Below, in pieces: positions 54,296-63,932 of a DNA stretch of 64,000 bases. The position numbers were made by a program, and so were the translations under genes. Below the pieces are notes generated by a model that was not told the DNA's origin, did not search any database, and was given only the letters and a program-made list of their open reading frames with translations. How positions within the stretch are numbered: position 1 is the stretch's first letter; each line of letters starts with the position of its first letter. The stretch is from NCBI GenBank assembly GCA_037146775.1, contig JBAWWL010000004.1:22471-86470 (forward strand), read 5' to 3'. Origin of the DNA: Candidatus Omnitrophota bacterium (lineage in GTDB: Bacteria; Omnitrophota; Gorgyraeia; Duberdicusellales; 4484-171).

Positions 54296-54835
54296 TTACT
54301 TTTTTAGCAAGCTGGCCGCGATAGAGAACAATAAAAATGTATGTGCCAGGCGCATTAACACAAACGAGCTTATCAGTGCCGGGATGCCAAGATTCAATTT
54401 CATGGCGAAAGCTAAAGCAACGCTCAGTATCGCCAAAAGGAAACAGGTAATTGCTACAATCCGCATACTTTTACCTCCTTTTGTTTTTTCGAACACATTA
54501 AGAATTCTTCTGTTGATAAAATCTTTCGCCTCGTCATCGACGTTAATAAATTCAACCGCAACGTCGAAACCGCCTACAAGCTTAAGTGGAATTGCGCGCA
54601 AAATCTTTCCTACTGCTTTTACCGGCTTTGGATAAGAAGGAAAGTTAATCTGCAATTCTATAAATTTCCCCGGAGTCACGGTAACATCCGAATGGAAGAG
54701 CACGCCGCCGGCCGAAATGTTTCTGATAAAACAAAGCGTGTCCTTACTTTCTTTTTCGTCCAACACCCGATATTTCACAAGATGATGTACGCCTAAGCGT
54801 ACAAATTTTCTTCTTTCTTGAGGAAAGTTACCCAT
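54296..54835 (-). CDS. PilZ domain protein with C-terminal transmembrane segments
   Basis: 179 aa with RRKFVRL and NISAGGVLF PilZ motifs. The C-terminal 60 aa are hydrophobic (two TM helices). Confidence 0.65.
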   Translation of the reverse strand: MGNFPQERRKFVRLGVHHLVKYRVLDEKESKDTLCFIRNISAGGVLFHSDVTVTPGKFIELQINFPSYPKPVKAVGKILRAIPLKLVGGFDVAVEFINVDDEAKDFINRRILNVFEKTKGGKSMRIVAITCFLLAILSVALAFAMKLNLGIPALISSFVLMRLAHTFLLFSIAASLLKK

Positions 54836-54846
54836 AGCTTTTATGC

Positions 54847-56493
54847 CTAATAACCTATGTATTTTTTAATCTGTTCCAAATACCACTCCGTGCGCCTAAA
54901 TTTCGGACGTAATTCTCTGACACGCAGAAATTTTTCCCTGGATTCTTCATAGTTACTGAGTGTATAATACACCACGCCTAAATTATAGAGCGCATCAACG
55001 TAATCGTCCCTTAAGGTGACTGCTTTTAAAAAGTTTTCTTTTGCTTCGCTGAATTTTCCCGCCTCCCAAAGAACGTACCCCAAATTATTATACGCAAAAG
55101 CATAGGCCTGGTCAATATGAATTGCTTGTACGAAGTACTTTTCTGCCTTGATATAATTTTCTTTCAGCGTATAGAGGGTGCCTAAATTATACACATACAC
55201 GGAAGAATAAGGATTGGCCGTAACAACTTGCTCGTACCGAGCTATCGCTCTATCAAGCATGTTGAGCTTATAATATACGAAGCCGGTATTTGCGCTGGCT
55301 CGCACATTTCCGGGGGCGATTTTCTCGGCGGCCGATGCTGCTTGTTTTGCTTCTTGCGGTTGATTCAAAAAATAAAATGCCAGCGCCTTACCACTGTACG
55401 ATACTGCGTCGGTAGGATCAAAACTTATTGCAATATCAAATTGTTCCTGTGCTTCGTGATATTTACCTTCTATTAACAACCGTATTCCTTCTTCTAAGAA
55501 TATGAACCCTTTTTCCCGGTGATAACGCGCCGGCAAGGGCATTAGATTTTTTTTGATATAGGTACGGAACCTTGCGTCAGGAACTGACTTATACAGATCC
55601 ATAAAGGCATTGTAGGCTTTTTGTTCTTTTCCTCCTTCGTAAAAGTAGCTGCAACCTACGCGAAATTTCGAAAACTGGTTTAAACTCGACGAAGGGTCTT
55701 CTTGAAATGCTTCTTCCCATATCTGCCTTGCTTTATCACTCTCCCCCATCCGATTTAACGTATCTGCGTGCTCATATCTAATGAAATCATTCATCTGGCG
55801 GGAAAGCTTTCCTTTTATCTGCGCAAATATCTCCTCAGCTTTTTCGTATTTACCCTGCAATTTATAAATAAGAGCTGCATACAATTTTGCCTTCAACCCA
55901 ATTTTACCCTCAGGCGATACTTCTGTCGCCTTAGCGAGATAAACTTGCGCATTATCAAATTCTTTGAGCAAAATATAACTGCGGCCGATTTCTAACAACT
56001 TGTTTTGTAGATTGTCGCCTTTATATGTCGGCAGTGCGTCCTTAATGCGTTGGATTGTCCGGCGCACGGTTTCTTTGTCAATTTTTCTTTCTTGAGGAGC
56101 TATGTTGGTTAAAAAATTATCCAGCATGGCAGTAAATGGTGTGCCTGCCGACTTCTTTTCTCCGGCGGCGCCGGAAAGAAAATATCTTATATCGCGCCGT
56201 TGGTCAACAGTAGAAGTTGTTGACAATGTTTGCGCTGAAAATTCAATCTTAGCAAGCGTAACAGTGTCTAGGTCGGCTTTTGCCAGCTCCATAAGAAATG
56301 TCTCGTCGAGAATTTCTTTTATAGTCGCTATATCTTTTTCGTTCTCTATTGTGCTTAATTTTTTTAATGAGAGTCTGATGTTGGACAAAGAAGCATCCAG
56401 AAGGAAGCGGTTGTAAGTTATAAAAAATAAGGCAGCGACAGCCAGGGTAATAAGTAAGGGAATAAAGTGCTTAAAGATGTTTTTTTTTCCCAT
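54847..56493 (-). CDS. Multi-TPR repeat protein with N-terminal membrane anchor
   Basis: 548 aa with at least 8 TPR-like 34-mers (W-LG-Y-A-F-P motifs in the C-terminal half). Confidence 0.7.
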   Translation of the reverse strand: MGKKNIFKHFIPLLITLAVAALFFITYNRFLLDASLSNIRLSLKKLSTIENEKDIATIKEILDETFLMELAKADLDTVTLAKIEFSAQTLSTTSTVDQRRDIRYFLSGAAGEKKSAGTPFTAMLDNFLTNIAPQERKIDKETVRRTIQRIKDALPTYKGDNLQNKLLEIGRSYILLKEFDNAQVYLAKATEVSPEGKIGLKAKLYAALIYKLQGKYEKAEEIFAQIKGKLSRQMNDFIRYEHADTLNRMGESDKARQIWEEAFQEDPSSSLNQFSKFRVGCSYFYEGGKEQKAYNAFMDLYKSVPDARFRTYIKKNLMPLPARYHREKGFIFLEEGIRLLIEGKYHEAQEQFDIAISFDPTDAVSYSGKALAFYFLNQPQEAKQAASAAEKIAPGNVRASANTGFVYYKLNMLDRAIARYEQVVTANPYSSVYVYNLGTLYTLKENYIKAEKYFVQAIHIDQAYAFAYNNLGYVLWEAGKFSEAKENFLKAVTLRDDYVDALYNLGVVYYTLSNYEESREKFLRVRELRPKFRRTEWYLEQIKKYIGY

Positions 56494-56762
56494 ATATAAG
56501 GTACTATAGCATGGTTTTATCCACTGTCAATAAAACACGTCTTAAACACGGTAATAGTGTTTTTCTGTCACGCATTTTTTGACGGTAAATAACTCATAGC
56601 TTCGTATAAAGCGCGTATTGCGCCTCTCGTAGGTTTTGCCTCCAGTGCGTTTTTTGTTGGTGGGGCTTGCACACATTTTAAGCGGCACAGAAGTTGAGCG
56701 TATAATTTTTTGGGGGGGGTATTTTTTAATCATAAGTCTTTGTTCACCAACCAGTTAGCCAA

Positions 56763-56791
56763 TTGACAAAAGCATAAACTAATGTTATATT
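56763..56791 (+). promoter_or_regulatory. Putative sigma70 promoter TTGACA-17 nt-TATATT for the plus-strand small gene; strong Shine-Dalgarno GAGGGGG at 56798..56804
   Basis: Seen directly. Spacing to the ATG at 56811 is consistent with a short leader. Confidence 0.35.
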
Positions 56792-56810
56792 TAATATAGA
56801 GGGGGTTATT

Positions 56811-57128
56811 ATGAATAAAAAAATATACTTTGTGTGGTTAGTATGTATATTTGTGAGTGTGGGTATTGCGTTGCCGCTCGTAGGCCAGTCATCCCGACCA
56901 GCCAAAAAAGTGGATGGGAACCAATCCTCAATGTTTAGCGAACCAATGGTGCAGGATACAGAAAAAAGCGATTCGTCTCCTGCCGGCCCGGGGAAAGAGA
57001 AAAAAGTAGAGCCAAAGAAAGAAGAGTCGTTGAAGGATTTGGTTATTACCGATATAGTAGTGCCTATCACTAAAGATGAGGTATCAAAAGAAGAAGAGCC
57101 TGGAAAAGAAGACCAAGAAAAATATTAA
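56811..57128 (+). CDS. Small secreted Lys/Glu-rich protein (only plus-strand gene in window)
   Basis: 105 aa with a signal peptide (MNKKIYFVWLVCIFVSVGIALPLVG), followed by a low-complexity K/E/P-rich region. Strong RBS and candidate promoter. Confidence 0.5.
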   Translation: MNKKIYFVWLVCIFVSVGIALPLVGQSSRPAKKVDGNQSSMFSEPMVQDTEKSDSSPAGPGKEKKVEPKKEESLKDLVITDIVVPITKDEVSKEEEPGKEDQEKY

Positions 57129-58429
57129 TCTTTACGCTGATCCAAGATAAAACAACTTCTACATTCCTGTTTAGCTCTCTTTTTCACTTCGGCGGCAATA
57201 TTCGTTACTTCCGCATAGCTGGCGATGGCGCGGCATTCATTCGTGACTCCGGCGAGCGATATGGTCATAAGAGGAAATTGTTGGATAGTGTTATCGCGGC
57301 CATGCGCGATTATATAGCCCCTTTCTAAGTCTTCCTTGTCGTACAACGTACGAATACGGCTGTTGAAAGCTTCTATGATAGCGGAAGCAATGGCTTGTGT
57401 TCGTTGGGGAGTGGTAAGAATAATGAAATCATCTCCTCCCTCGTGACCGAGAAAATCATCGGTATTGCCTTGAGATTTAAGTGCTTCTTTAAAAACATTG
57501 CTGGTCAACTTTATTGCTTCATCGCCCTTAGCAATTCCGTATTTATCGTTAAAGGCCTTGAAATTATCCAAATCACAGTAGACTACCGTAAATTTCTTTT
57601 GGGTCTTTATTCTTTCTTCAACAGCCTCCCTAATGACGATGTTACCGGGCAACTTGGTTAAAGGGTTGGCATTTTCGGCGCGCTCTTTCATTTTTATCAA
57701 TGCCTGAGTCATAAAATTAAATGTGCTCGCCAATTCCTCAAGTTCATCGCTAGTCAGTATGTTAACTCGCAAATCGAGACGGCCGGATGCGATAAGTTTC
57801 GCCGCGCTATTAAAAACTTTTATTGGTGCAATAATTAAGCGGGAGAGAGAAAAACCTAAAATGATATTTACGATAATAAATAGAATTCCGATGAGAAACG
57901 CCGGCTGATATACCTGCTGGTATACCCCCCAAATTCCTGCCAAGGAAAAGAAAATTTTCCCTATATAATTTACCTTCCCGCCTTCGGCAAGGGGGATATA
58001 CACGGAAAACGTTTTCCGTGACTCATCAATAACCACCTCCCCCTCTATCGACTCGTTTCTTTTCAATTTATCCAACATTAACACATCATCGAAATTTACT
58101 CTATCGCCCTGCAATGTCTTTTCGGTAGAAAAAACTATTTTTTCCTGTCGGTTATATATATATCCGTGAGTAATTTCTTCGGACTGTTTCAAAGCAAGTA
58201 TTCTTTTGCGCAAAAAATCGAGCTTCTTTTCTTCGGGAAGAGGAAAGGCGGCCATATTATCCCACGTACTCTTTAGGACCGAATAAATAATCTGGGCATG
58301 TGAGCGGTGGAATCTGTTGAGCAGGTTTATCTCGTGAGAAAGCTGCACCGCCACGAACAAGGCAACAGTAACCACCGTAAAGATAGTAAGCAGTATAAAA
58401 ATTCTGCTTTTCAGTGTAATCGTTTTCAT
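57125..58429 (-). CDS. Membrane sensor diguanylate cyclase-type protein (GGDEF domain, GGDDF variant)
   Basis: 434 aa with an N-terminal TM helix, a periplasmic region, a second TM helix, a HAMP-like linker and a GGDEF domain (NPLTKLPGN..., GHEGGDDFIIL). Confidence 0.75.
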   Translation of the reverse strand: MKTITLKSRIFILLTIFTVVTVALFVAVQLSHEINLLNRFHRSHAQIIYSVLKSTWDNMAAFPLPEEKKLDFLRKRILALKQSEEITHGYIYNRQEKIVFSTEKTLQGDRVNFDDVLMLDKLKRNESIEGEVVIDESRKTFSVYIPLAEGGKVNYIGKIFFSLAGIWGVYQQVYQPAFLIGILFIIVNIILGFSLSRLIIAPIKVFNSAAKLIASGRLDLRVNILTSDELEELASTFNFMTQALIKMKERAENANPLTKLPGNIVIREAVEERIKTQKKFTVVYCDLDNFKAFNDKYGIAKGDEAIKLTSNVFKEALKSQGNTDDFLGHEGGDDFIILTTPQRTQAIASAIIEAFNSRIRTLYDKEDLERGYIIAHGRDNTIQQFPLMTISLAGVTNECRAIASYAEVTNIAAEVKKRAKQECRSCFILDQRKD

Positions 58430-58474
58430 ATATACCCTCTTCCTGTCAGGAAAGGAGATTCGACGCGTGCATCT

Positions 58475-59596
58475 CTAAAAACGCTCGATAGATTCGAAAT
58501 TCGTCTTGACCATTTTAAAAAAAATACCGAGAACTTCTCTGGAAATACTCGGATACTTCAAGAACTCCCACAAAAGAAGGGAGTGGTTTTCAAAGTCAGC
58601 AGCCTTTTCGATAATGTCGGTTTTTTTCTTGATGAAAGAAAAAAGCTTTTCGATATCTATATCGTTGAGCTGCGAAAAAACTTGACGCGCCTTAAGGCTC
58701 ACTTCAATTTCTTTCCCGAATTTTTTGAACCAGCGCGAGCTATATTTGTCGTTCTCTCCTTTTACTATACACTCGGCAAGTATTTCCGCTGCGCGCATAC
58801 CCATATAGATCCCTCCATAGCTTAACGGCTTTACCTGGGAAGCGCTGTCTCCAACCAAAAATATGCCATCCTTCGCCAGTGGTTTAAAATAAGCCAGAGG
58901 AACGATTCCGGCAAATTTTTCCAAAACCTCACCGGATAATTTCCTTTCTTTGATGAAGCTAAGTAAATCGTGGTAGGGATTCTTGGAGAGGACACCGACA
59001 CGTACCACACCGTCAGTTTCCGGAATAATCCAATAGAAATAAGGCTTTTTTAAATACACTTCCACCATATCGCTATGTTGCAGCTTCAGCTTCATTCGAA
59101 ACTGTACACCTTTTAAGTAATCCATATGATTATCGGTAACAAATTCTCTGACCGCCGAACGCGCCCCATCTGTACCCACCACAATATCCGCTTCCATCGA
59201 ACCCCTGTCGGTTTCGATAAGGTAGTGGTTATTTTCTTTCTCCAGCCCCAAAAACCTGCTCTCAAAACTAATTTGCAATCCTTCGCCTAACTTTTTATCG
59301 AATTTTTCTCGGTCAATTACATATGCAACTTCTTTTCTGTGAATAGGAATAACTTCTTTACCTATATAGATCACTGCTCCGTTAATGGTATTAAGCACGC
59401 AGTCTTTGGGGAGCGGAAGCTCGGCATCATCGAAGACTTTCTTTCCCACCAGACCCGCACAATGAACGGGCCGGCCGATTTCTTTATGTTCCTCGATCAA
59501 TAATGACCTTATACCGGCCTTCGATAAAAGCTGGGCGAGATAACATCCAACAGGCCCCGCCCCAACAATAATTATTCTCTGTTTTTTCTCATGCAT
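58475..59596 (-). CDS. Geranylgeranyl reductase family FAD-dependent oxidoreductase
   Basis: 373 aa with GAGPVGC (FAD) at the N-terminus and GDSASQVKPLSYGGI, matching the GDAAG...GGGI signature of the GGR family. Confidence 0.75.
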   Translation of the reverse strand: MHEKKQRIIIVGAGPVGCYLAQLLSKAGIRSLLIEEHKEIGRPVHCAGLVGKKVFDDAELPLPKDCVLNTINGAVIYIGKEVIPIHRKEVAYVIDREKFDKKLGEGLQISFESRFLGLEKENNHYLIETDRGSMEADIVVGTDGARSAVREFVTDNHMDYLKGVQFRMKLKLQHSDMVEVYLKKPYFYWIIPETDGVVRVGVLSKNPYHDLLSFIKERKLSGEVLEKFAGIVPLAYFKPLAKDGIFLVGDSASQVKPLSYGGIYMGMRAAEILAECIVKGENDKYSSRWFKKFGKEIEVSLKARQVFSQLNDIDIEKLFSFIKKKTDIIEKAADFENHSLLLWEFLKYPSISREVLGIFFKMVKTNFESIERF

Positions 59597-59662
59597 AATG
59601 TTTTCTTAATGACTGTGTGCTTGTAATTCTTGATTCGCGATGTTCTTTGCTGAAACCGGAAT

Positions 59663-60259
59663 TTATAATTTGTTATTCCTATGCTCCCATCTTCCTACAA
59701 AACTAATCCAAATGGATAAAAAAATAATTTTTAAATCTAGTAAAAAACTTCGCTCTTTTATATATTGCACATCCCACCTCAGCACTTCCTCGTCGCACGC
59801 GTGTTTTGGAGCAAATACCTGGGCTAAGCCGGTTAAACCCGGTTTTATTTTAAGTCGGCGGGCAAAAATTTCCATATCTTTTCTTCCTAAGGAAGACTGG
59901 AATATTTTTCCCTGGAAATCTTTTGAAATACCGTAATAATCAATACTGTATGGCCGGGGGCCCACAAAAGACATTTCGCCTTTTATAATATTGGTCAGCT
60001 GCGGTAGCTCATCCAAAGCAGTCGCACGCAGAATCCTTCCGACTTTTGTAACACTTAAGGTACCGCCTTTCATCGAGCGAAATTTAAGCATGTTGAATAA
60101 TTTCCCGTCCATACCTAAAGATTTTTTAATATACAATATCGGCAGGCCGTCTTCCAAAAATATAAGTACCGCGACTATGCTTATGACAGGAAAAAATAAA
60201 AATAGGCCAACAGACGAAAGAATACAATCAAAGATTCTTTTGGCGAGTAGATAACTCAA
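59663..60259 (-). CDS. Small monotopic phosphoglycosyl transferase (bacterial sugar transferase, PglC/WcaJ-C type)
   Basis: 198 aa with an N-terminal re-entrant helix and a KRxFD...DELPQ...GxMSxVGPRP signature (KFRSM, LDELPQL, GEMSFVGPRP). Confidence 0.85.
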   Translation of the reverse strand: MSYLLAKRIFDCILSSVGLFLFFPVISIVAVLIFLEDGLPILYIKKSLGMDGKLFNMLKFRSMKGGTLSVTKVGRILRATALDELPQLTNIIKGEMSFVGPRPYSIDYYGISKDFQGKIFQSSLGRKDMEIFARRLKIKPGLTGLAQVFAPKHACDEEVLRWDVQYIKERSFLLDLKIIFLSIWISFVGRWEHRNNKL

Positions 60260-60586
60260 GTATTACACCTTTTTTGTTTCTTGTATTGTTTTATTCTCTT
60301 AACCACAATTCTCTTTCGCATAAATAAAGTTCCCTTCAGCCACCGTACGTAATACTCAAAAACTGCGGGTGAAAATGGACGGCCCCGAAGATTTCAGACA
60401 TCCTACCCTGATTTTTTTGAATATGTTGGCATAGATATCCGGCACAACCTCGATTGGTGTGACGTGGCGGTGTTTTGCGTTGAATCGGGAACATGTTATG
60501 CCATATTAAAAAGAGCTGATACAACGTATTGTACCACGCGAATGACCTTTAAGAAAATGTTTCATTTTCATATTACAGATATGATA

Positions 60587-61621
60587 CTACAAGAATCTCT
60601 TGGCAAAAGCGAGTATACCCTGGTGCCAGGCAACCCTATGTGTGATCCCTGTAGTGTGTAACTCATTTTTGTGCTCCAAATACCACTGGTACGATTTTAT
60701 GAGCGCTTCTTTGTTGCTATATTTTGGGGCCCACCCTGCTATAGTTTTTATTTTATCTACACACACAAAAGAATCTTTGTCCGCCGTTGCATAAATCCAT
60801 TTATAGAGGGGCGATATTTTTAATTTTTCAAATATCGCCAACAACATCTTTACGCCCCGGGCGGGAGTACACATAACCCGTGATCCTGTGTGTGCATAAT
60901 TGCATAAGGCACCGACATCCTCTTCTACTGTTCTAAATTCCGCTGCGCCGATATTGAAAACGTCGTTTACTTGCTCTTCGGGGGCAACAAGAAGCAGGTA
61001 TATTGCATCGGCCAAATCTTCAACCTCTAACAACTGATAACGATTCTTACCATTTCCTATAATAGGTATTCTTTTGCCGCTTTCTATCCAATCATATAAT
61101 ATCTGAAAAACGCCCAGCCTGCCGGGACCAATAAAACTTTTCGGCCGCACAATCGGAATACACATTCCTTTTTGTCTATATTCCTGACAAATCAGTTCGG
61201 CCTCTATTTTACTCGAACCATAGGGGCCAACACCGACAAGCGCGCTGTTTTCGTAAAGAGGATGTGTTTTAGGAATACCATATACGGCCGTGGACGACAC
61301 AAAAATTACCTTCCGTATCTGCAGGGTTAAAGCAGTTTCTAATATATTTTTTGTACCGGTAACGTTTATCTCGAAAATTTCTTTCCGTTTCCACAATGGC
61401 AGGGCTGCGGCAGCGTGAACGATCACATCGCCTTTTCGTAATACTCCTTCAAGTTGTTTTCTGTCTCTTACGTCTACGTTGTAATAGATTGCGTGAGCGG
61501 GATATTCTTGAGGATCTATGGGGGCGATATCTAGAACAGCGATACTTTCATATTTATCTGCTAGTTGCCTGCACAAATGGTAGCCCAAAAACCCAGCGCC
61601 GCCGGTTACAACTAATCTCAT
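60587..61621 (-). CDS. NAD-dependent epimerase/dehydratase (extended SDR)
   Basis: 344 aa with VTGGAGFLG (Rossmann) and YGSSK (YxxxK). Confidence 0.85.
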   Translation of the reverse strand: MRLVVTGGAGFLGYHLCRQLADKYESIAVLDIAPIDPQEYPAHAIYYNVDVRDRKQLEGVLRKGDVIVHAAAALPLWKRKEIFEINVTGTKNILETALTLQIRKVIFVSSTAVYGIPKTHPLYENSALVGVGPYGSSKIEAELICQEYRQKGMCIPIVRPKSFIGPGRLGVFQILYDWIESGKRIPIIGNGKNRYQLLEVEDLADAIYLLLVAPEEQVNDVFNIGAAEFRTVEEDVGALCNYAHTGSRVMCTPARGVKMLLAIFEKLKISPLYKWIYATADKDSFVCVDKIKTIAGWAPKYSNKEALIKSYQWYLEHKNELHTTGITHRVAWHQGILAFAKRFL

Positions 61622-61809
61622 GGTACCCTCCCAAGAAAGTTTGTGGTATATGATGCATAAAATTGAAAAATATTTTTTGAGGCAAGTTTGAGCCGGTTTT
61701 ATTTTTACTAACGTTATTGTAGCAAATAAATCGCTTCAATTAAAATCAATCTTGGATCTTCTTGCCATCTAAAATTCAGCAAACCATACTTCCCTAGTAC
61801 TACAAACTG

Positions 61810-62682
61810 CTAAAACCCAAGATAAATTACCGCAACGCAGACGCTCACCCACAATAACAGATTTATTTGCAACTTGCGGTCAGAAAGTAAAATACGAGTG
61901 GGGTCGCCGTCGAGATAAATCTTATGAATAAGATAAAGATAACGAAAAAGTCCGTAGTATACAAAGGGAATACTGTAAAGCAAGTGGGTTGTCCCGAATT
62001 CTTTTAGCGTTCTCGCATCTACCGTATAAAGAGCATAAAATACCACGATTGAGGAAGTAATTACCGCAATCATTTGATCGATAAAATAAACGTTATATTT
62101 TGCGAGTATTTGGCGATGTGCGGCGGCTTTGTGTTCTAACAACCGCAATTCTTGCCGTCGCTTATTAAATCCCAGGAAAAGCGCCAGCAAAACAATCATA
62201 ATAACGATCCAATGAGACATGTGTACCGCCGCAATGACACTGCCAGCCAATATGCGCAAAAGGAAAAAACCACTGATACAGAATACATCGATGATTACTT
62301 CTTGTTTTAGCCATTTTGAATAAAATAAATTAAATATAAAATATATAATAATTATTGCACCAAAATATCTGTCGACCATCAAGGATAATACGAATGCAGT
62401 GACGCATAAAATGAATGCTGTGGTTTTCGCTTTTGATATACTGAGTTTTCCTGAAGCGAGCGGCCTCAGGCGTTTCGTAGGATGCACTTTATCTTTTTCT
62501 ATATCGAAGAGGTCGTTCACCACATATACCGCCGAAGATATCATAGAAAATAAAACAAAAGCAAGTGCAGTTTTCAGATTAAAGGGGAACACGAACATTT
62601 TTTTTCCAAAAAGCAATGGGAGAAAAATGAAAAGATTTTTAATCCACTGCTGCGGTCTTAAGGAAATTAGTAAATAGTTCAT
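61810..62682 (-). CDS. UbiA-family prenyltransferase, decaprenyl-phosphate 5-phosphoribosyltransferase (DPPR synthase)-like
   Basis: 290 aa and polytopic. NDLFDIEKDKVHPTKRLRPLASG matches the NDxxDxxxD motif region and the PTKRxRP block typical of DPPR synthases (Rv3806c-like). Confidence 0.65.
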   Translation of the reverse strand: MNYLLISLRPQQWIKNLFIFLPLLFGKKMFVFPFNLKTALAFVLFSMISSAVYVVNDLFDIEKDKVHPTKRLRPLASGKLSISKAKTTAFILCVTAFVLSLMVDRYFGAIIIIYFIFNLFYSKWLKQEVIIDVFCISGFFLLRILAGSVIAAVHMSHWIVIMIVLLALFLGFNKRRQELRLLEHKAAAHRQILAKYNVYFIDQMIAVITSSIVVFYALYTVDARTLKEFGTTHLLYSIPFVYYGLFRYLYLIHKIYLDGDPTRILLSDRKLQINLLLWVSVCVAVIYLGF

Positions 62683-63932
62683 CGTATATTTTTACTCTTT
62701 ATGCTCCGGATATTGTGCATTTCTAAACAACTCTCTATGCTTAAAACAAAAATAAAGTAAAGCAATATATGCGAGTATAATCCCAGCCTCATATCGCCGG
62801 TCAGGCCGAAAGAAGAAACAAAGTTATCATACAGAAATAATAATGATAAAAATACAAAATCAATTCTTTTCCCAAGAAACAAGAATCTTTTTTTAACAAC
62901 TAAACACCACCCGATACCGAGAAACAAAAATATATTTTTTACCGTTACAAGGCGCCTCAAAAAAGAGATGTGTTTCTTGGAATCCAATGCGCGTAAAGGG
63001 AAATTTAATCTTACGAAATTACCAATATAGTTCTTTGTTGCCCTCAAAGGATGCCTATAAATATCTTCAAAGAATAATTTGAAATATTCACTATCTTCCT
63101 GGGCCAACGTAGGTATTGCCTCTTTATTCGTTTTGTGTAATTTTTCTTTGGTTGAGCACTTCATACCCAAATAAAAAAAGTTCCCGCCATGAAATGAAAG
63201 CTTATATTGGCCAAAGGCGTTCTTGTTTCTTATTAAAACCGGTGAAATAATTATAACCGATACTAAGAAAAATAAAACTGCTTCTTTAAAAAAATACTTT
63301 CGGTGCGTAATGAGCGAGGCGAGTAGAAAGAATAAAGGCAGCAACTGAAATTTGTTTCTTACCAAAATTAAACATCCAAAAAAAATACTGGCAATAAAAA
63401 TATGCCTTTTCTTATAAGATATAAAATATCTTAGGCTAAACAATAAAAACAAGAAAAACAAGAAAATGCCCAGGGTCTCGGAAAGAATAAGGCTTGGAAA
63501 ATAAACTATTATATGGTTGGTAAAATACAAAAAAATAGAAATATATCTTACGGGTTCCGATGCAACTATCAGACGCACTATCTGCAAAAATAGAAAAAAA
63601 TTAGCTATTCCTAAAACATACTGGGTTATTACCACCGGAACGATCTTGTGCCCGAATATTTTAAACAGCGCACCTAAAAAAATCGGGTAACCGATTTGAT
63701 ATATTCCGTGCGGCGTTTTCCCGTCAAACGTATATCCCAATCCACGCGCCAGGTTACCTCCCGTTACTCTATAAACTAACTGATCGCCGGGCAATAAGCG
63801 ATCGTTATTTAAGAAACCTTTTGCAATCCCATACCCAACCATCGAAAAACCGTACACAAGAAAAATTATCAATAATATTTTCCTTGAATTTTTTTTGCCG
63901 GTAAAGATGTTTCGCAAATACTTTAAGAACAT
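62679..63932 (-). CDS. GT-C fold membrane glycosyltransferase (GT39/GT83 ArnT/PMT-like)
   Basis: 417 aa with about 10 TM helices. N-terminal loop-helix architecture of dolichyl/undecaprenyl-phosphate-sugar-dependent transferases. 4-nt overlap with the DPPR-synthase-like gene. Confidence 0.55.
   Translation of the reverse strand: MFLKYLRNIFTGKKNSRKILLIIFLVYGFSMVGYGIAKGFLNNDRLLPGDQLVYRVTGGNLARGLGYTFDGKTPHGIYQIGYPIFLGALFKIFGHKIVPVVITQYVLGIANFFLFLQIVRLIVASEPVRYISIFLYFTNHIIVYFPSLILSETLGIFLFFLFLLFSLRYFISYKKRHIFIASIFFGCLILVRNKFQLLPLFFLLASLITHRKYFFKEAVLFFLVSVIIISPVLIRNKNAFGQYKLSFHGGNFFYLGMKCSTKEKLHKTNKEAIPTLAQEDSEYFKLFFEDIYRHPLRATKNYIGNFVRLNFPLRALDSKKHISFLRRLVTVKNIFLFLGIGWCLVVKKRFLFLGKRIDFVFLSLLFLYDNFVSSFGLTGDMRLGLYSHILLYFIFVLSIESCLEMHNIRSIKSKNIR

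Noticed and set aside
56542-57070. Minus-strand ORFs 56542..56733 and 56744..57070 in or opposite the divergent promoter region
   Set aside because: They have no RBS and odd composition, and 56744..57070 is antisense to the plus-strand small secreted protein gene, which has a strong Shine-Dalgarno and promoter. Judged spurious.
60260-60586. 327-bp gap with small ORFs (60336..60524 -, 60464..60661 +) between the sugar transferase and epimerase genes
   Set aside because: The ORFs are short, lack RBS and have atypical composition. I could not recognise a tRNA or other structured RNA by eye, so the region is left as an untranslated intergenic region.
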